A DNA stretch of 63,264 bases, counting the filler, from Choristocarpus tenellus KU-1152 (lineage: Eukaryota > Protista > Phaeophyceae): assembly GCA_964200185.2 (NCBI GenBank). It is 11 parts of 11 records of this genome, joined end to end, with 100 filler letters (N's around TTAATTAATTAA, not from the genome) between each part and the next. Parts side by side here need not be neighbours in the genome. Positions count along the whole stretch, not along the records: positions 1 to 12,164 come from CAXNAD020001945.1; positions 12,265 to 16,223 come from CAXNAD020016928.1; 9 more parts are not named here. One strand, 5' to 3'. The notes below the pieces were generated by a model that did no database searches, was not told the origin of the DNA, and saw only the letters and a list, made by a program, of their open reading frames with translations. Position numbers and translations under genes: made by a program. This document shows, one piece after another, positions 1 to 13,299 of the stretch (positions are counted from its first letter, which is position 1; each line of letters opens with the position of its first letter).

Positions 1-447
1 GTGAAAGAGTTCAGTCCGGTGATTGTGATTGCCCCCTTGAGCAACAAAGAACTTAGCACCTTTGACACTTTCACAGTAGTCAATAAAAGAACGACCTTAC
101 TGAATGTTGGACCCCTAGAAGATATTGTACATACTGGGGTTTTATACAGCCTAATTCGAGTGTTACCTCTGCTCGGGAATCAAATATGAAATTTATAAAG
201 GGGAGTTTTGCCCTCTTCGCTAATATATTGAAATTTATATATGTCTGTGACGACGTACATATATGTACAACTCTCCATCCTCTATTTCTTCATTATTAGT
301 GCGACAGGGTCAAAATGTCGAATTTGCACCTTATTTCATATACAAAAGAACTTTCCCCAAACCGCATTTACGATTAACCCCACACTCCTTCACTCACTCA
401 CTCAACAACAAACGGGGCTCGACAATATAGAGGATTCTATGTTGCAG

Positions 448-3134
448 TTCTTGGAGAGGACCATATACTCATCGCACCGCAGATGTAGGATGGCCACCCG
501 TCAGCTGGTGGGGGATCTGGCTAACAACGGGAATGAACTCATGGACTTCGGAGGGGTAGACCCCAGGACATCCCAAGGGTAAGGCCAGGCCTCCATCGCA
601 GCTAGACACACTCCAATGTAGTCTGTGCATTCTGTAATTACCAGAACAAGGGATTAGTGCTTGAAGACTAGACATAGCGAAGCATATGGTCACCATATCC
701 TTCCGAAATCACACATTTGCATCGAAATCAGAGACATGTGATGTTCACCAGTTACATCGTAGCATGGAACTGGTGATGCACATGTCCTCCCCTCAAGAGC
801 AGGACGAAACCTAACGATGAAGATTGTGTCCTTCGATACATCGAATCTGATATGTATCGGAAATAAGCAATGTTCCTTTCTGTTTCTGTTTCTGTTTCCA
901 ATCCCAACCCTAACACCTGTCCCAACCCTAACCTTGTGCCTCAACCCCAACACCATCCCTGACCCTTCAAATCCCAAAACTATGCCAACACATGTTTCTC
1001 TCTTCCTTCATCCACTCGCCTTGTGTAATTTTTTCCATAGTTTACCATACGACAAAGTATGCCAAAAGTTGCGGCGGTCGACACGACTTATTTGAAGGCA
1101 CACTCCTCCAACCCATTGTCCTCGATTTTCCACCAACTCAAGCGCAATCTCATATCTCCTGTAGAGAAGGAGGCACAAACAATGGTATGTGCATCTGGGG
1201 ACATGTATAGACCTATACCACATGAAACATTCGATATCCCTTCCACCAAAAACCCATCCTACACAATAGTTTATCGTATGACAGAACACGTCAATTGTAA
1301 CTGGTGATACCCAACAAGCATTTGTCAACCGTTTTCCAAAAAATCAGATCAAAGCATACACTCTGCCATACGACAAACTACCTAGCACATATACTACGTG
1401 CATGCCCCCCCCACTCACAATAATCGGCCTCTGTTTGTCACTGGCGACAACCCTAACCCTTACGCACCTTGTCCACCAATGCACTAATCACGCCATCGAA
1501 ATCGTTGCAAAATGTGTCACATCCATGCCTTCCCTTCACGTCGACACCACATGCGACATGCTAATCGCACATACGCACTTCTCCATCAACCGCACACTGT
1601 CCGTGCACACTTGCAACCATCACCCTCTATTTTGCATAAGTATACCAACCGACAAACCCAAACCTCTAAGGTATCGTTATCTTCTTCCACATTAATGTCT
1701 GTCTTTTACCAAACAATTGTTACAGGAACAGGTAGCACATATACGACGTGCATAGTCCCTCCCACTCACAATAATTGGTCTCTATTTGCCACTGGCGACA
1801 GACTCACCCCTCCTGCCCCTTGCCAACCCATACACTAGAAACGCAATAGATGTTGTTGACCCATTATGTCACATCCATGCCTACCCTTCTCGTCGACACC
1901 ACGTGCGACATACGTACTAATCGCATATCACACTTCTCTATCGACCGCACACTGTCCATGCACACTTGCAATCATCGCCCTCCATTTTGAATAAGTCTGC
2001 CAATCAGTAAACTCACACAAAACCCAGTTTTTTTCCTGTATCAACGTCGGCCATGTACCCATTGCTTGCTGCAGGAATACATAGCACATGTACTACATGC
2101 ATGATTCCCCCCACTCACAATAATCGGCCCCTGTTTGCCACTGGCGACAGACTGCCCCCTCCTGCCCCTTGCTAACCCATACACTAAACGCAGAATAGAT
2201 ATTGTTGACCCATTATGTCACATCCACGCCTTCCCCTCACGTCGACACCATGTGCAACATGATAATCGCACATACGCACTTCTCAATCGACCGCAGACCG
2301 TCCGTTCAACCCACATTCATGTCACCCTCTATTTTACAGAAGTCTGCCAACCATCAAACTAACCCAACTTCTTACAGGAATAGGTAGCACATATCATCCC
2401 AAAGAAAATACCATAAAATCAATTTGGTCACAGGGCCCCACCTCGGTACCAACACCAACTCCAACACGTACCACCCCTCCCCGTATACGCACAATCACCA
2501 CACCCCTTAGGATTGGACGGATAGGGACGGCAGACCGCATAATAACACGATGAAACTTGTATACATCGACACGTTCAGAACACAGGAGATAGTCCACCTT
2601 TCGGCTTATAAGATCGACCGCGCGGGACTACACGACCCATGTGTCCCAAACATCGGGGGCATTAAGTCCATGCACAGGTTCTTCACTGATCGGCTCACCA
2701 CTGGAGACTCCTGTACATTGATATATACCGAACGGTTGTGCTACTGCACGAACTGTTCCATTGGCAACCTGGCCCAATGCAGGTGGAAACTAACCCACGT
2801 GCCCCTGCTTAAGGAGATAGACCTCGGGTTTTCCATGGAAACAAGAACGGGCGATATGGATCTGAGAAGCCAGTTTTCGAGGAAGAAGAGACAGCTTGCT
2901 GAGGGGAACATATGCATTTTGCGGACGCAGCCATCGGAGTACAATGGTATAGAGTTCTTGCCATTCACTGTCCACCACAAGGACACGATTCAATGGAACG
3001 CCAGGCACTACTCCAGCTACGGAGGGATGTTCAGTGCTGGAGACGAGGTAGTCTTTGTCACAGAAGACTTCGAGGTGCTGAGTGCTAGCTTTGTTGATGG
3101 AGTGCCAACTATTTGCATGTCACGGACGGACAAG
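448..3134 (+). mobile_element. Spliced DNA-transposase-like coding region, C-terminal part resembling Sola2 (exons 448-578 and 2579-3134; possible further exon from 4041)
   Basis: The two exons have AG/GT ends and join in phase 2 without stops: ...LANNGNELMDF...TQEIVHLSAYKIDR...PNIGGIKSMHRF...ERLCYCTNCSIGNLAQC. This resembles the I-x-G-x-(R/K)-x-x-H ... (S/L)C-x-C-x2-C tail recalled for Sola2 transposases. The catalytic core is not seen in the window. Confidence 0.4.
1384..2394 (+). repeat. ~350-bp tandem repeat, 3 diverged copies plus start of a 4th (starts 1384, 1734, 2083, 2386)
   Basis: Recurring blocks agcacat...cccactcacaataat...ctggcgaca...gtcacatcca...cgtcgacacca...cacttctc. Confidence 0.9.
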
Positions 3135-6100
3135 GTAAGAAACGCTTCATATTGCTTCTAAGAGAACAATGCTCCACACGAATGAATCCACGCTGTCTGT
3201 ATACAGATATTGCATATCCCCTGATATCCCCTCATACCCAAATAAAATCCTCCCATAACTTCCAACCCTGACATCCAAACCAGTGTCATTCTTCTCTCCT
3301 ACTTTGCAACCACTATTGTCAACTTTCACATAATATTTTACAAGTTCCGTAGGGCAAATAAGCATATCCCATTACATTTTGGGATCTTGGAGGTATCTTC
3401 CAGACAACCATTACTAAATACTTGTGGTTTCTTCTGAAATGTTCATAAACAAACAATTGGCATCCGGCGAAACACCCTATTGGTAGAGTTCTACACAATA
3501 TTTCAAATAGTCGATGCTGTGAGAGGAAATGGCGTACATTTTGTCAATACTATTGGCAGGTTAAACCTGAAATGAAATATGGGGAGCACAAGAAATTCAT
3601 GTGCCCCTCTGCATTTGAATAAAGTTTACTATTAAAATGTTGTTGTCGCGAAGAGGACCCGACCTTTGTTGATCATTCAAGGACCTTGTTTTGTTTGTTT
3701 GTGATTGGAGGGCACATGGGAGTTACAGTTTAGTTAACGGCATGTGCAATAAGCGCAACTTTAATTGAACAACAATCGTAGTAGATGAGACAAGAAGCAA
3801 GAATGATACAGATACCGTCAGTGCAAATTTGCTTTGGTGCTTGCTTTCCCTAAGGTCTTACCCACAGGAGTTGTTCATACCACTACAATGCCTTTTATCA
3901 AATAGCTTGATCTACAATATATGTAACTTACGTCCTGCAGCAAATTGTATTTCTTTACTTATTTCGATACACCATGGTCCGACAATTTAGTTCTGTTCAT
4001 GCACGGGAGACAAAATCATCTCGTTTAGGCAATGGAACAGACCGCAGTATGCTCTGAAGTAACCGAGAACTACGAGTACTGTTGTTGTAGACTTGCTCGA
4101 AAACGGGACAGCGTGCTGGATATTACTTTGGGGGGACACACAGAGTGTTCTGTAGAGGAAATAGTTGGGGAAGAAGGAACTTGTCTTCTAGTATATAATG
4201 CAAATTGAAACAATGCATGCCCCACAAGAGCATGTCATGCTTTTGTGATGGATGGCAGGACTGAGGGGGAGAAATATTAACGATGCTATGGTTCAACTCA
4301 GGGTATAAGACCACAGGATTGAAGTATGAACTTCAAAACAGGCAAGGGTTTTGCTGTTCTTTGGATTTGTGTCGTTAGCATCTGATTTTGTGACCCCATT
4401 GAGATGAAGAATCGACGCCATGTGGGTTACCTATAATTTTGAAGTATTGGTTTTAATTAAGGATAAATCTCAACAGGGGGGGTTGCTTGGTGAATATAGA
4501 TGGCATCATTGATTGCATCCAATTTGGTCAAGGTGAGATACAAACATACATTCATAGTCGATCATCATTAACTGATTATATTGTGTTGTTGTGTTTAGAG
4601 TATCACTTTTTGGGATCATTTGTCCTCCACCCCTCTATAGATAGTATCATTATTCCTAAAAGTTTCTTACTGTTAATGAATATACAAAATATTTTCAACG
4701 TTGTTACTAATTCTTGTTTACCACAAACCAGTTTCGATAGTTATTTGCATACTTTGATTAATATGTGTATGCTACAATAGGACAATCATGCTCACTCAGG
4801 CACTGTGTACAATAATAACATTGTCCATTTTCTCTTGTTCAAACAATATTGTTGCTCATGTTGCATTTTGTCATCTACATATCATGTACTCATCACAAGT
4901 ACTTTTCACTTCGTACTACAAATCATGCACCAGCAACACTCTAAAGCCTTACGTTTTCCCTCTTAATAGATCATGCTTTCCATCTCCTACTAGCAGCACT
5001 CAGCAAGCAAGCTTTACAATAAACTACGACGCTTGTTTCCAAATGGTCTTTCTTTCCTACAGAGTACACAATAAGCAGATCAATAATTTCTTCCTTGATG
5101 TCGTCGTTGTCATCATTGCCACTTATTCATTAGCACAGTATGACATAATACCAGTACTAGTTTACAACACATACCATGTGCGGCACTGCTTGAAGAGGAA
5201 GACAGTGCACTACTCTCGTGCACATGCATGATATTAGTATTAACAACAACAACAGCAAAGGTCGTAAAATCCGACAAAGCAAAAGATGCACACACACACA
5301 CACAACATGCCAGAATAACTTTATTGGTTGAACCATATCTTGCAGTGCAACTCCACAAAACAAACCTATCAACTGCAGCAAACGTTCATTTTCTTCCATC
5401 TCGAAATTTAAATGCCCTGGAAATTCTAATCAGAAGAGAGTTGAGCATGCTATCGAATCTTTTTGGCGATTGATTAAATGATTCAGGTTGAATGAGTTTA
5501 CTTCAGTTATCTCCTGACCCATTGCGTCTTGTTTCCCGACAATAAATATGTGTTGACTCCTTAAGGCAGCCAGTCAGAGAACCAAAATATCATTGTGAGT
5601 CACTTTCAACCCCTAATCCGCATGATGTCCCTTTGTGGTGCTTTTGTGCTCAGAGACATTACACAAGATCCCAAATGACGTATTTGTGAGTCTTCCAAAG
5701 TCCACAGCGTACCCTTGCACTTGGTACTGGCACACTTATGCTTACAATAGATTGTCTTGTACTGCTATGCGTGGATCAATCCAGAGGACTACCAACTTAG
5801 ACTACACTCCAAGATCACCCTTTGCACAAAGACTGAAAATATTTAGTGAGAAGAAGTATCGTTGTATTTGTCCATATATATTCCTATCAATTATTAAAAG
5901 AATACAAAGGATACTTATTTACGACCCTAGCTACCCTTGATTGATCATACAGTACCTCCATGGCCTTAAGTTCAAGCCCAGAAAATGCAGAGAAGCACAT
6001 CAGGGTTGGAGGGTGCTATAGTTGAGCTTAAGCAAAGAGAGCATTAGGCAGTATGACAAGGGCATTGGACTCCCATTGCTTCTTAATGCTCCAAATTTCT

Positions 6101-6967
6101 TCCACCGTAGATGTACGTGCTTAGTTGTCAAGGAGGGGTACTGTCATACTAATTACATGAACCTCTACATGGGTTACAAAAACGATATGTAAAAACCAGA
6201 GTACTTGTCCAGCGCACTAAAGTTCTGACCTGTAACAAGCCCAATGCAAAAAGCAGACTATGCTGCACAAAAAATTGTTGCAGCAGTGAAGGAAGGTGCA
6301 GTGTAGCCTTCAATTAGTAGGGGTAAAGTTGTATGCATGTACCATAGATGTGGACACCACAACCATTCTAATTAAGCGAGTACACAATTGTATGCATCGG
6401 GAACCTCTAATATTCTGTGTCGACAAAGTATTCCCCAGGTTCCACTCGGTCATACGCACTTAGAAAATCGAACAAGAATGACCCAAAAGGGAACTAGTAC
6501 AGTCTTGTACCACGTGCTGAATTCCATCCCAGTCCACGAACAACGCAGTACCACAGCCTTACCCTATATGGCAAGATCTTCACAGTTCTGCATCACACAG
6601 AGGCAAGCAGCACATGCATCAGATATGTGTGTACTAATACCTCTTGTACAACAAACACATGCAATGCATAGTGGTCACACGCTAAAGCTCTAGTTCCTAC
6701 ATACAATGGTGTTTATTCATCCACCCATGTGCGCACTCCTCCTAGACCATATCATGGACGAAGGGCAACATTTGGACCAACAGGATGCGTTTTTCCCTGC
6801 AACAGTCACTAACCCTAACCCTCAAATGTAACTAATGATGAAACCTTTGACAGAGTGAGCGTGATAGTTGTGGTAGATATGTACATAATATGTGTATCAA
6901 TACAGGCACAGAAGCGAAAAAGGCCTTCGCACGTCTCCCTGACTGGAACTCCAGTCAGAATTGTCAA

Positions 6968-7006
6968 TCAATCGATGAAGTCAATTTGAGTACGATCGGC
7001 ATTGAC
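6968..7006 (-). CDS. MCM7: MCM7 terminal exon (VNADRTQIDFID*)
   Basis: AAG acceptor, phase 0, stop codon; resembles the MCM7 C-terminus (VNxxRTxIxF). Confidence 0.85.
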   Translation of the reverse strand, partial: VNADRTQIDFID

Positions 7007-8188
7007 CTTGCACAACAAAACAAGCACCACAGGGTTGGGAGGAAGGGGCAGAAATGTATAATGTTACTTGTTTTCTCGGTCAACACAATAAACACAAATA
7101 AAACAACAGTGTGCGTATTTAAGTGTTGGGGGAGCGGGTAGGAGTGGGGCAACTGCTGTCAAGGTTTTTAAAATTTCTATATTGAGCAAAACCAATTGAG
7201 AGGTAGGTAGGCAGGGGTGCACTTTAAGGATCCCGAGAAAAGGTAAAAGTACACTGTTTTGTACAATTGCAGAAAGAGCCTTTGCAAAATTGTAGTGTCA
7301 CTGTGTGTGTGTAAAAGGGCAATGGCAATTTTGTGTACGATATTGCGTACATAAACCAGTGAAACAGGATGTATTACACAAGGAGAGAAGGATCAGAACG
7401 CAAAAGGGTCCAAACCTGCCTGCCTCCCAATTGGTTGGACTCTTTTTCAGTTCACCAGTCAAACGACTTACTGTCCTTCTATTGCCTTCTAACCTCTGTC
7501 AGGCCTTACACGGCAAAGAGATGTATGTGAGAACATGGAGAGCATCGATCGGTGCCAACAATAATACCGTAGCATTCAAGGTGTGCTTGTATGGGTAGTT
7601 CCAGGACTAGAATGTTGGTGTAAGGTGACTGCCTAAAATATCCCCTACTCCTTAAACCTACGATGACGATGACAATGACTCTTGTCAGTCTCCCCTAAAG
7701 ACACACCCCACTCTAATCTACACCTTAAAACCCAGGCCGATACGTCCAAATTCCCTCGAGTAAGCTATTGCCGATCAACCGTACGGGGCGTTTTTTTCTG
7801 AAGAGATTTCACCGTGAGAACCAAGACCGAGATCGTTCTCTCCTTGAAATTTATTTTTAGAAACCAAAGACGATGTTCCGGGTCCTCTGTTCTTGTCGGG
7901 TACAAATCAGAAAAGAAACTGCACAAGAAGGGTCAATACTATTTCTTATCTTTTGGTCAACGGAGTACAACCATACAGAAAAAAACTAACAGGCTCGATT
8001 CCCTAAAATACACCCAGTAGCGTGCCCGTACACACAAACGGCATCAGTACAACACACCAACACCTACTACGCATGCAGGAACATGTGGTAATAGTAACTA
8101 ATATCAACGGCCACACACACACACACACACATACAGACAAACGCGCGCTCCTGCTCTCTCCCCTCACACAGCACACAACGGAGCTAAC

Positions 8189-8313
8189 CTGCAGCACGTT
8201 GAGGTCCGTGTACTCATCAAGGCAATTTTGCAGCTGCTCCATGCTGAAACCCTTCCGTACAACCATCGCCTCTGCCGTCTTGAAACCCACTCTCGACGTA
8301 TCTCTTCCCTCCG
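8189..8313 (-). CDS. MCM7: MCM7 exon, C-terminal winged-helix region (…KGFSMEQLQNCLDEYTDLNVLQ)
   Basis: TAG acceptor, GT donor, phase 1->0; KGF..EQ...CLDEY..LNV.Q motif of MCM7. Confidence 0.92.
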
Positions 8314-8823
8314 CTAACGGCGATGTACACATGGTCCGAGAGGTCATGGGTTGGTGTCAACATTGTGATTACAATTTCTTATCTCTTTGCTGGGTCAAAT
8401 GGTAGTCTAGTGTAGAACCCAGAAACAAGAAGGGACACAGCTCAGAACAATATATATATATATGTAATATGATATATGTGCGTACGCCAAGAGCATGACC
8501 TGAACTTCCATCCATCGTTTATTTACCGCCTTCACCAAGGACTAAGCACATTTCTTGTGCTTTTTTTTTTGGCAGCATCACAGTCACGCCATTTCCCCAA
8601 CGTACACAACTATAGATAATGCATATCCTAACTTCCACTAGAGCTCTATCTGTGCACATCAAAAATAAAATACTAAACTCAATAATAATAATAATATCTT
8701 CAAACAAGGAGATAAATGTGGTTTCTGTACCTCCCTCCCCCCTCCCCCTCTTTCCCCACCTTTCATATGACTTCCCACAGTCCTCTACTAACCTCCTCTC
8801 CCCTCCCCCTCCCCCTTTCTCAC

Positions 8824-8938
8824 CATAGTCCCTAATGATGTTGTATATCCGAGAGGTTACGTCCTGTGCCTCACCACCACCCTCACCAGGCTCATCGTCG
8901 GCAAGTGATGCCTTGGACATGTGTGTCAAGCGGATCGC
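8824..8938 (-). CDS. MCM7: MCM7 exon (AIRLTHMSKASLADD…DVTSRIYNIIRDY)
   Basis: AAG acceptor, GTGAG donor, phase 0->1; EAIRL..MSK.SL motif. Confidence 0.92.
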
Positions 8939-9654
8939 CTTGAACAACCCAACCAAACACAGTCAGTAGCGATGGGGTGTTTTTTATTGGTTGGGGTGAA
9001 GTGGGAAGAGGAGGTGTAGACAAGAAAAATGAATAAAAGGGTTGTTTGTTCTTATTTGCCAATATGTTGCTTTGGATGTGCGTGTGTGCGTATGTGTGTG
9101 TGTTGAGGGGGGGGGAGGGGCTTCTTTTCCACCTCTATGCAGCATCTTATTCAGAGACATTCACAATGGTATATCAAGAGACATCTAATTCCATGCATAC
9201 AAAAATAAAAATACGCAAGCTGATTTTAAAGTACTGCTGGTGCACAAAATGCCAATATTCCTACTTTATGAAATCTCTTTTCTCTTATGGCAGGATAAGA
9301 CAGGATAGGACAGGACAGGACAAGACAGGACCATGCCTTTCTCGTTTGAATATATCAGGTGTTAGGGTTAGGGTTAGAGTGTGGAATGAACATGTCTCTC
9401 CCAACATATATATCTGGGTGTGTGTTTTGGGGCTGGCTGCAGCACAACATCATCACTGTGACACGGGACCTGTTTTTATTTCATCTTGACCGTGGAACAC
9501 GTGCTAAGCACTCTCTGGCGAAGGACAGGATAGGAAAGAACAGGAAGGAGAGTGGAGGTGGTGGGCGATATTGCCTGCATGGGGCATGGGAGGCCAGTGA
9601 TCAATTTTGAGCTGTAGGGTCCAGTGACCCCTCAAAACGATTAGACGAGTAGCA

Positions 9655-9899
9655 TCGTACCAAAAAGGGTTTACCTTATGCACACTGTTCTGCAATACAT
9701 CCATATTATTATGGATCATGCGCTAAGTTTTGACTTGAGAGCATTGGTCTCAGTATTTTCAATGTTTGAAACTTTGAGACAGAATTTAGAAAAGTTCCTA
9801 CACGTGCACTAGTATATATATATACTTACAAATTTTGCACATTTTTGTCAGCATCTTTAAAAAATGCAACTTTGGGTTACCTCTCGGTTAATTTGACTC
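9655..9899 (+). mobile_element. MITE family B copy (degenerate) in MCM7 intron
   Basis: Right end aaatgcaactttgggttacctctcggttaatttgactc; internal similarity to copies at 24189, 30083 and 57875. Confidence 0.7.
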
Positions 9900-10112
9900 T
9901 CAAGTCCTGTAGCGAAAAAAGGAAAACAAAATGTACTATAAAAAACAGAGATAATCTTCTTGAAACTCTTAACTTCAACAACCAATACTAATATATTTTT
10001 TTCTTCCTTGTCATCATACAATCAATACTGATTGATACCGCCTGTACAGTACACAACTAGCAAATCCCGATACTAATAAAAAAAAAGGCTAGTTAACAAG
10101 GCACAAACGCAC

Positions 10113-10214
10113 CTCATCCACCTCCTCAGAGCTGACAGCGACCAAGAATCGTATTCTAGCCAGCGCTTGAGATAGGCGAAGTATGCTCAGAAGCTGTCTA
10201 GCCGTCATGATAGT
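10113..10214 (-). CDS. MCM7: MCM7 exon (TIMTARQLLSILRLSQALARIRFLVAVSSEEVDE)
   Basis: Sensor-2 region T.R.LL.ILRLS.ALAR of the MCM AAA-lid; AAG/GT ends, phase 0-0. Confidence 0.95.
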
Positions 10215-10999
10215 CTTGAGCCATGACATCATTCAATACGTATGGTGGGAAGACAACGGAGGAGGGATGATGCTGTTCAAGCTGGTAGCCAGGGGAGTAG
10301 GCAATGCAACAAGAATCAAATAGGATATATAAAATGTGTGGGTGTTTGGAGCTGTTTAATGCAGTAGTATTGGTAGTACCTACGAGGCAGTAGTCTCTGA
10401 AGTACTCACAACACAAGCGGGTGTTGTTCTTGAGCACTCACTAAATGTTACTACAACTTAGATCAACCCAACCTACCTTTGTACAAGAGCAAAGGGATGA
10501 AAAAAATGCTCTCCTATATTGGAGTGGATGTAAAACTCATTATCCCTTACCCCAACCCAAATCAGCACTGCAAATTTCACCGTCCAACATTTCATCACAA
10601 TAATCATAATAATAAAATTAATAATGAAGCATTTTGAAGTAGATCTAAAAAGCACTACCTATCCATCACCCTATACCAAATCTCAACTCTTATCTACCCT
10701 CGATTGAACCCAATGACGGGCCCCTTCCAAGCAAACGCACACGGATGGAATCAAGCAAGAAAAAAAAACACATTTTTTTAATACTAAGAATTCCCAACAC
10801 AATCCCTCCCTTGCACCACCCCCAATACATCTTGTTATATCAATGATAGCACCCACCTGCAGTGGTCTTGAACCCCCTATCAACACTAACTTGTGACATG
10901 ACAGTCAGAAATAACACCGAAAAAAAAAATCCATGGGAGGAGGGGAAAAAGAGGGGGGAGCAAGAAGGAAGGAGGGGGGGGAACTCCCCCCTGACACAC

Positions 11000-11107
11000 C
11001 TGATCACCATTCTTTGCATCTGAGCCTGACTGCGCTCTAAGAGAGACGTACGCCTCAACTATGTAGCTTGTCAGTTCCTGTGGGATGTAAGGTTCCACCA
11101 TTCTTGC
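11000..11107 (-). CDS. MCM7: MCM7 exon (ARMVEPYIPQELTSYIVEAYVSLRAQSGSDAKNGDQ)
   Basis: CAG/GT ends, phase 0-0; P.EL..YIV.AYV.LR motif of the MCM7 lid. Confidence 0.93.
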
Positions 11108-11440
11108 CTGAGGGAACAGGGCATTATGCATCATCATTATTATTACTATCATTGTTTAAAGTGCATGACGGAATGGTTTGGGGGTGGTAGGTGTAAAAAA
11201 AAGAGCTTACAGGGCAGACCAAAGGATATATATAAAAAAACGTAATGACTAACAAGGCAGAGTGTTTTTTAAACATATTTTGTATCTCTATGTGTTGATT
11301 TTGACCCACAGAATGATGAACCGACTTGCTTTTTCTTTTATTAATTTTCTTCTTAAAAAAAAAAAAACCCTGCATGGTGGTGGAAGCTGGCCGATCATTG
11401 CCGTCTGTCACCAAAAAGTCCCCCCTTACCCAATGAAACC

Positions 11441-11560
11441 AACCAATCAGAAAAAGGAAAGGGTCTTGTTCCCCCCAATAAATTTAAACCAATCAGAAAA
11501 GGGTAAGGGTCTCGTTCCCCCCAATCAATTCCAATCGATCAGAAAAGGGAAAGGGTCTCA
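11441..11560 (+). repeat. ~45-bp tandem repeat, ~2.7 copies, in the MCM7 intron next to the GC donor
   Basis: Unit ccaatcagaaaa(a/g)gg(a/t)aagggtct(t/c)gttccccccaat. Confidence 0.85.
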
Positions 11561-11570
11561 GGTTTCTTGC

Positions 11571-11693
11571 CTGCGAGATGTAGAGCTTGATGAACTTCGG
11601 GTCATACGGTTCGAAGTCCAGCTCCGGATTCCTTTTGTACTGGTGAACAAATGTCACGTGCCTTGCAAGAGCCATGTCACTTTCCATCTCTGC
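11571..11693 (-). CDS. MCM7: MCM7 exon (AEMESDMALARHVTFVHQY…PKFIKLYISQ); upstream exons lie beyond the contig end
   Basis: D..LA.HV..VH motif; TAG acceptor; ends at a GC donor (CAG|GCAAGA). Confidence 0.92.
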
Positions 11694-12057
11694 CTATTGT
11701 AACCGTCGTGTATGATTTCAAAAATGTAAGTTAATCACATTGTGGTCAACCAAGCCAGATGGTGATGAGGAAGGGGATGGGATGTATGGGGATGGGTGAG
11801 TGAGGGCATGTCGTGGGTAGGTAGGAGTGCTTCTTCTGTCACAGTGTGCACTCAATAACTAAATTTCGTTAGTATATACGTACACATGTGGAGTATATTT
11901 CAAAGGACTTCAAATAGCGGATAATCATTGACACAAAAAAATATGCTACTGCAACTGCAACACAATAGACAAGACAATGAGAGTACATGTGAGGAAGTTC
12001 TGTATATAATAAAGATAGCAAAAAAGAAAGAGGCGTCAAAATTACTACTACTCTGCG

Positions 12058-12101
<44 letters not shown>

Positions 12102-12164
12102 ACCCCCCCCCCCCCCCACCCCAACCCCCCACAACACACACAACACAAACACCACCAAAAAAAA

Positions 12165-12264
12165 NNNNNNNNNNNNNNNNNNNNNNNNNNNNNNNNNNNN
12201 NNNNNNNNTTAATTAATTAANNNNNNNNNNNNNNNNNNNNNNNNNNNNNNNNNNNNNNNNNNNN
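12165..12264. other. Artificial contig spacer (44N-TTAATTAATTAA-44N); identical spacers at 16224, 21493, 26580, 29343, 33999, 40965, 51782, 56450, 60591
   Basis: Ten identical 100-nt blocks carrying a six-frame stop linker. Confidence 0.97.
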
Positions 12265-13299
12265 CATACCCAAGGTAACTATTGCACAAGATTCAAAAAC
12301 CTTCAACTTGAAACGGCCAAATTAGACCCCCCCCCCTCATGGGTAATTCACTCAAACAGTACTAGGGTGCCCCAAGAAGTGAATGTGATGACTATATTCA
12401 ATGTACATCTGTGTAATCTTCAAGGCAATAGGATCAGGTGATGAAAGCTATTTGTGTTCTCACTGATGAAGTGATACTGTTACTAGGGACATGTATCCCT
12501 TGGGCCAAACATTGTTGAAGACTCCGTTTCACCTATATTGACTCAGCAATGCTTTCTAGTCTATTTTTTCCATCAGTACACAATGTCCTGAGATCGCAAT
12601 ATATTGAACATTAGACTCTTCCAACGTATGTACAATGAACAGAGGATGGGCACATTTCCCCTTTAGAACAGCGCTGGCAGTTTGCAATTTTGCCCATACG
12701 TAATGTTGCTCATCAGCTAGACTATGGGCGGCTGTACTTGTTGCCCCAAGGCTCACAGTGTATTAACTGAGATCAACCTGAACTAGATAGTACTTTTTCA
12801 CTTCTATGAAGTGATGGAGCAACCATATTTTCATTTGATATTGTTGATTTTATAACTGGAGGATTGCATCGAAGGCCATGGTGAGGTGACTAACTATGGG
12901 GACATTAGTTGGTCAGAGATTGGACATGAAAAATCATCCATCAATTCAGGTGGGGTACAAGAATTGGCTGGTTCATTTGTGAAGTATGGGATGATTGATG
13001 CAGCAATCATTAAATGCCCGATGGGGCGCTTCATACAACTACTTGATGCAGGCAAGCATCTGGGTTGGAAGTATGATGTTTTTCACCTTCTGAAACAGCA
13101 ATGTGTTGAGACCAAGAGAACGAATGAAACCGTTTCTTGAACAACATAGTACACTGTAAATTTCTTGGCATTCTTTTTCCAATATAAATCGTTTCCAGAA
13201 TCTCTCTAAGACCATTCTTGACAAGGTCGCAGAACAGGAAGGAAACACTACTGTATACTTCCAATTGTATTTGATAGGGTGGGGGTGAAAATGTCGCTT

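Noticed and set aside
11601-11612. GT donor (CC|GTATGA) as an alternative to the GC donor in MCM7
   Set aside because: It would delete conserved lid residues and break phase with the next exon.
11869-12212. Poly-Gly/poly-Pro ORFs
   Set aside because: Poly-C tract at a contig end.
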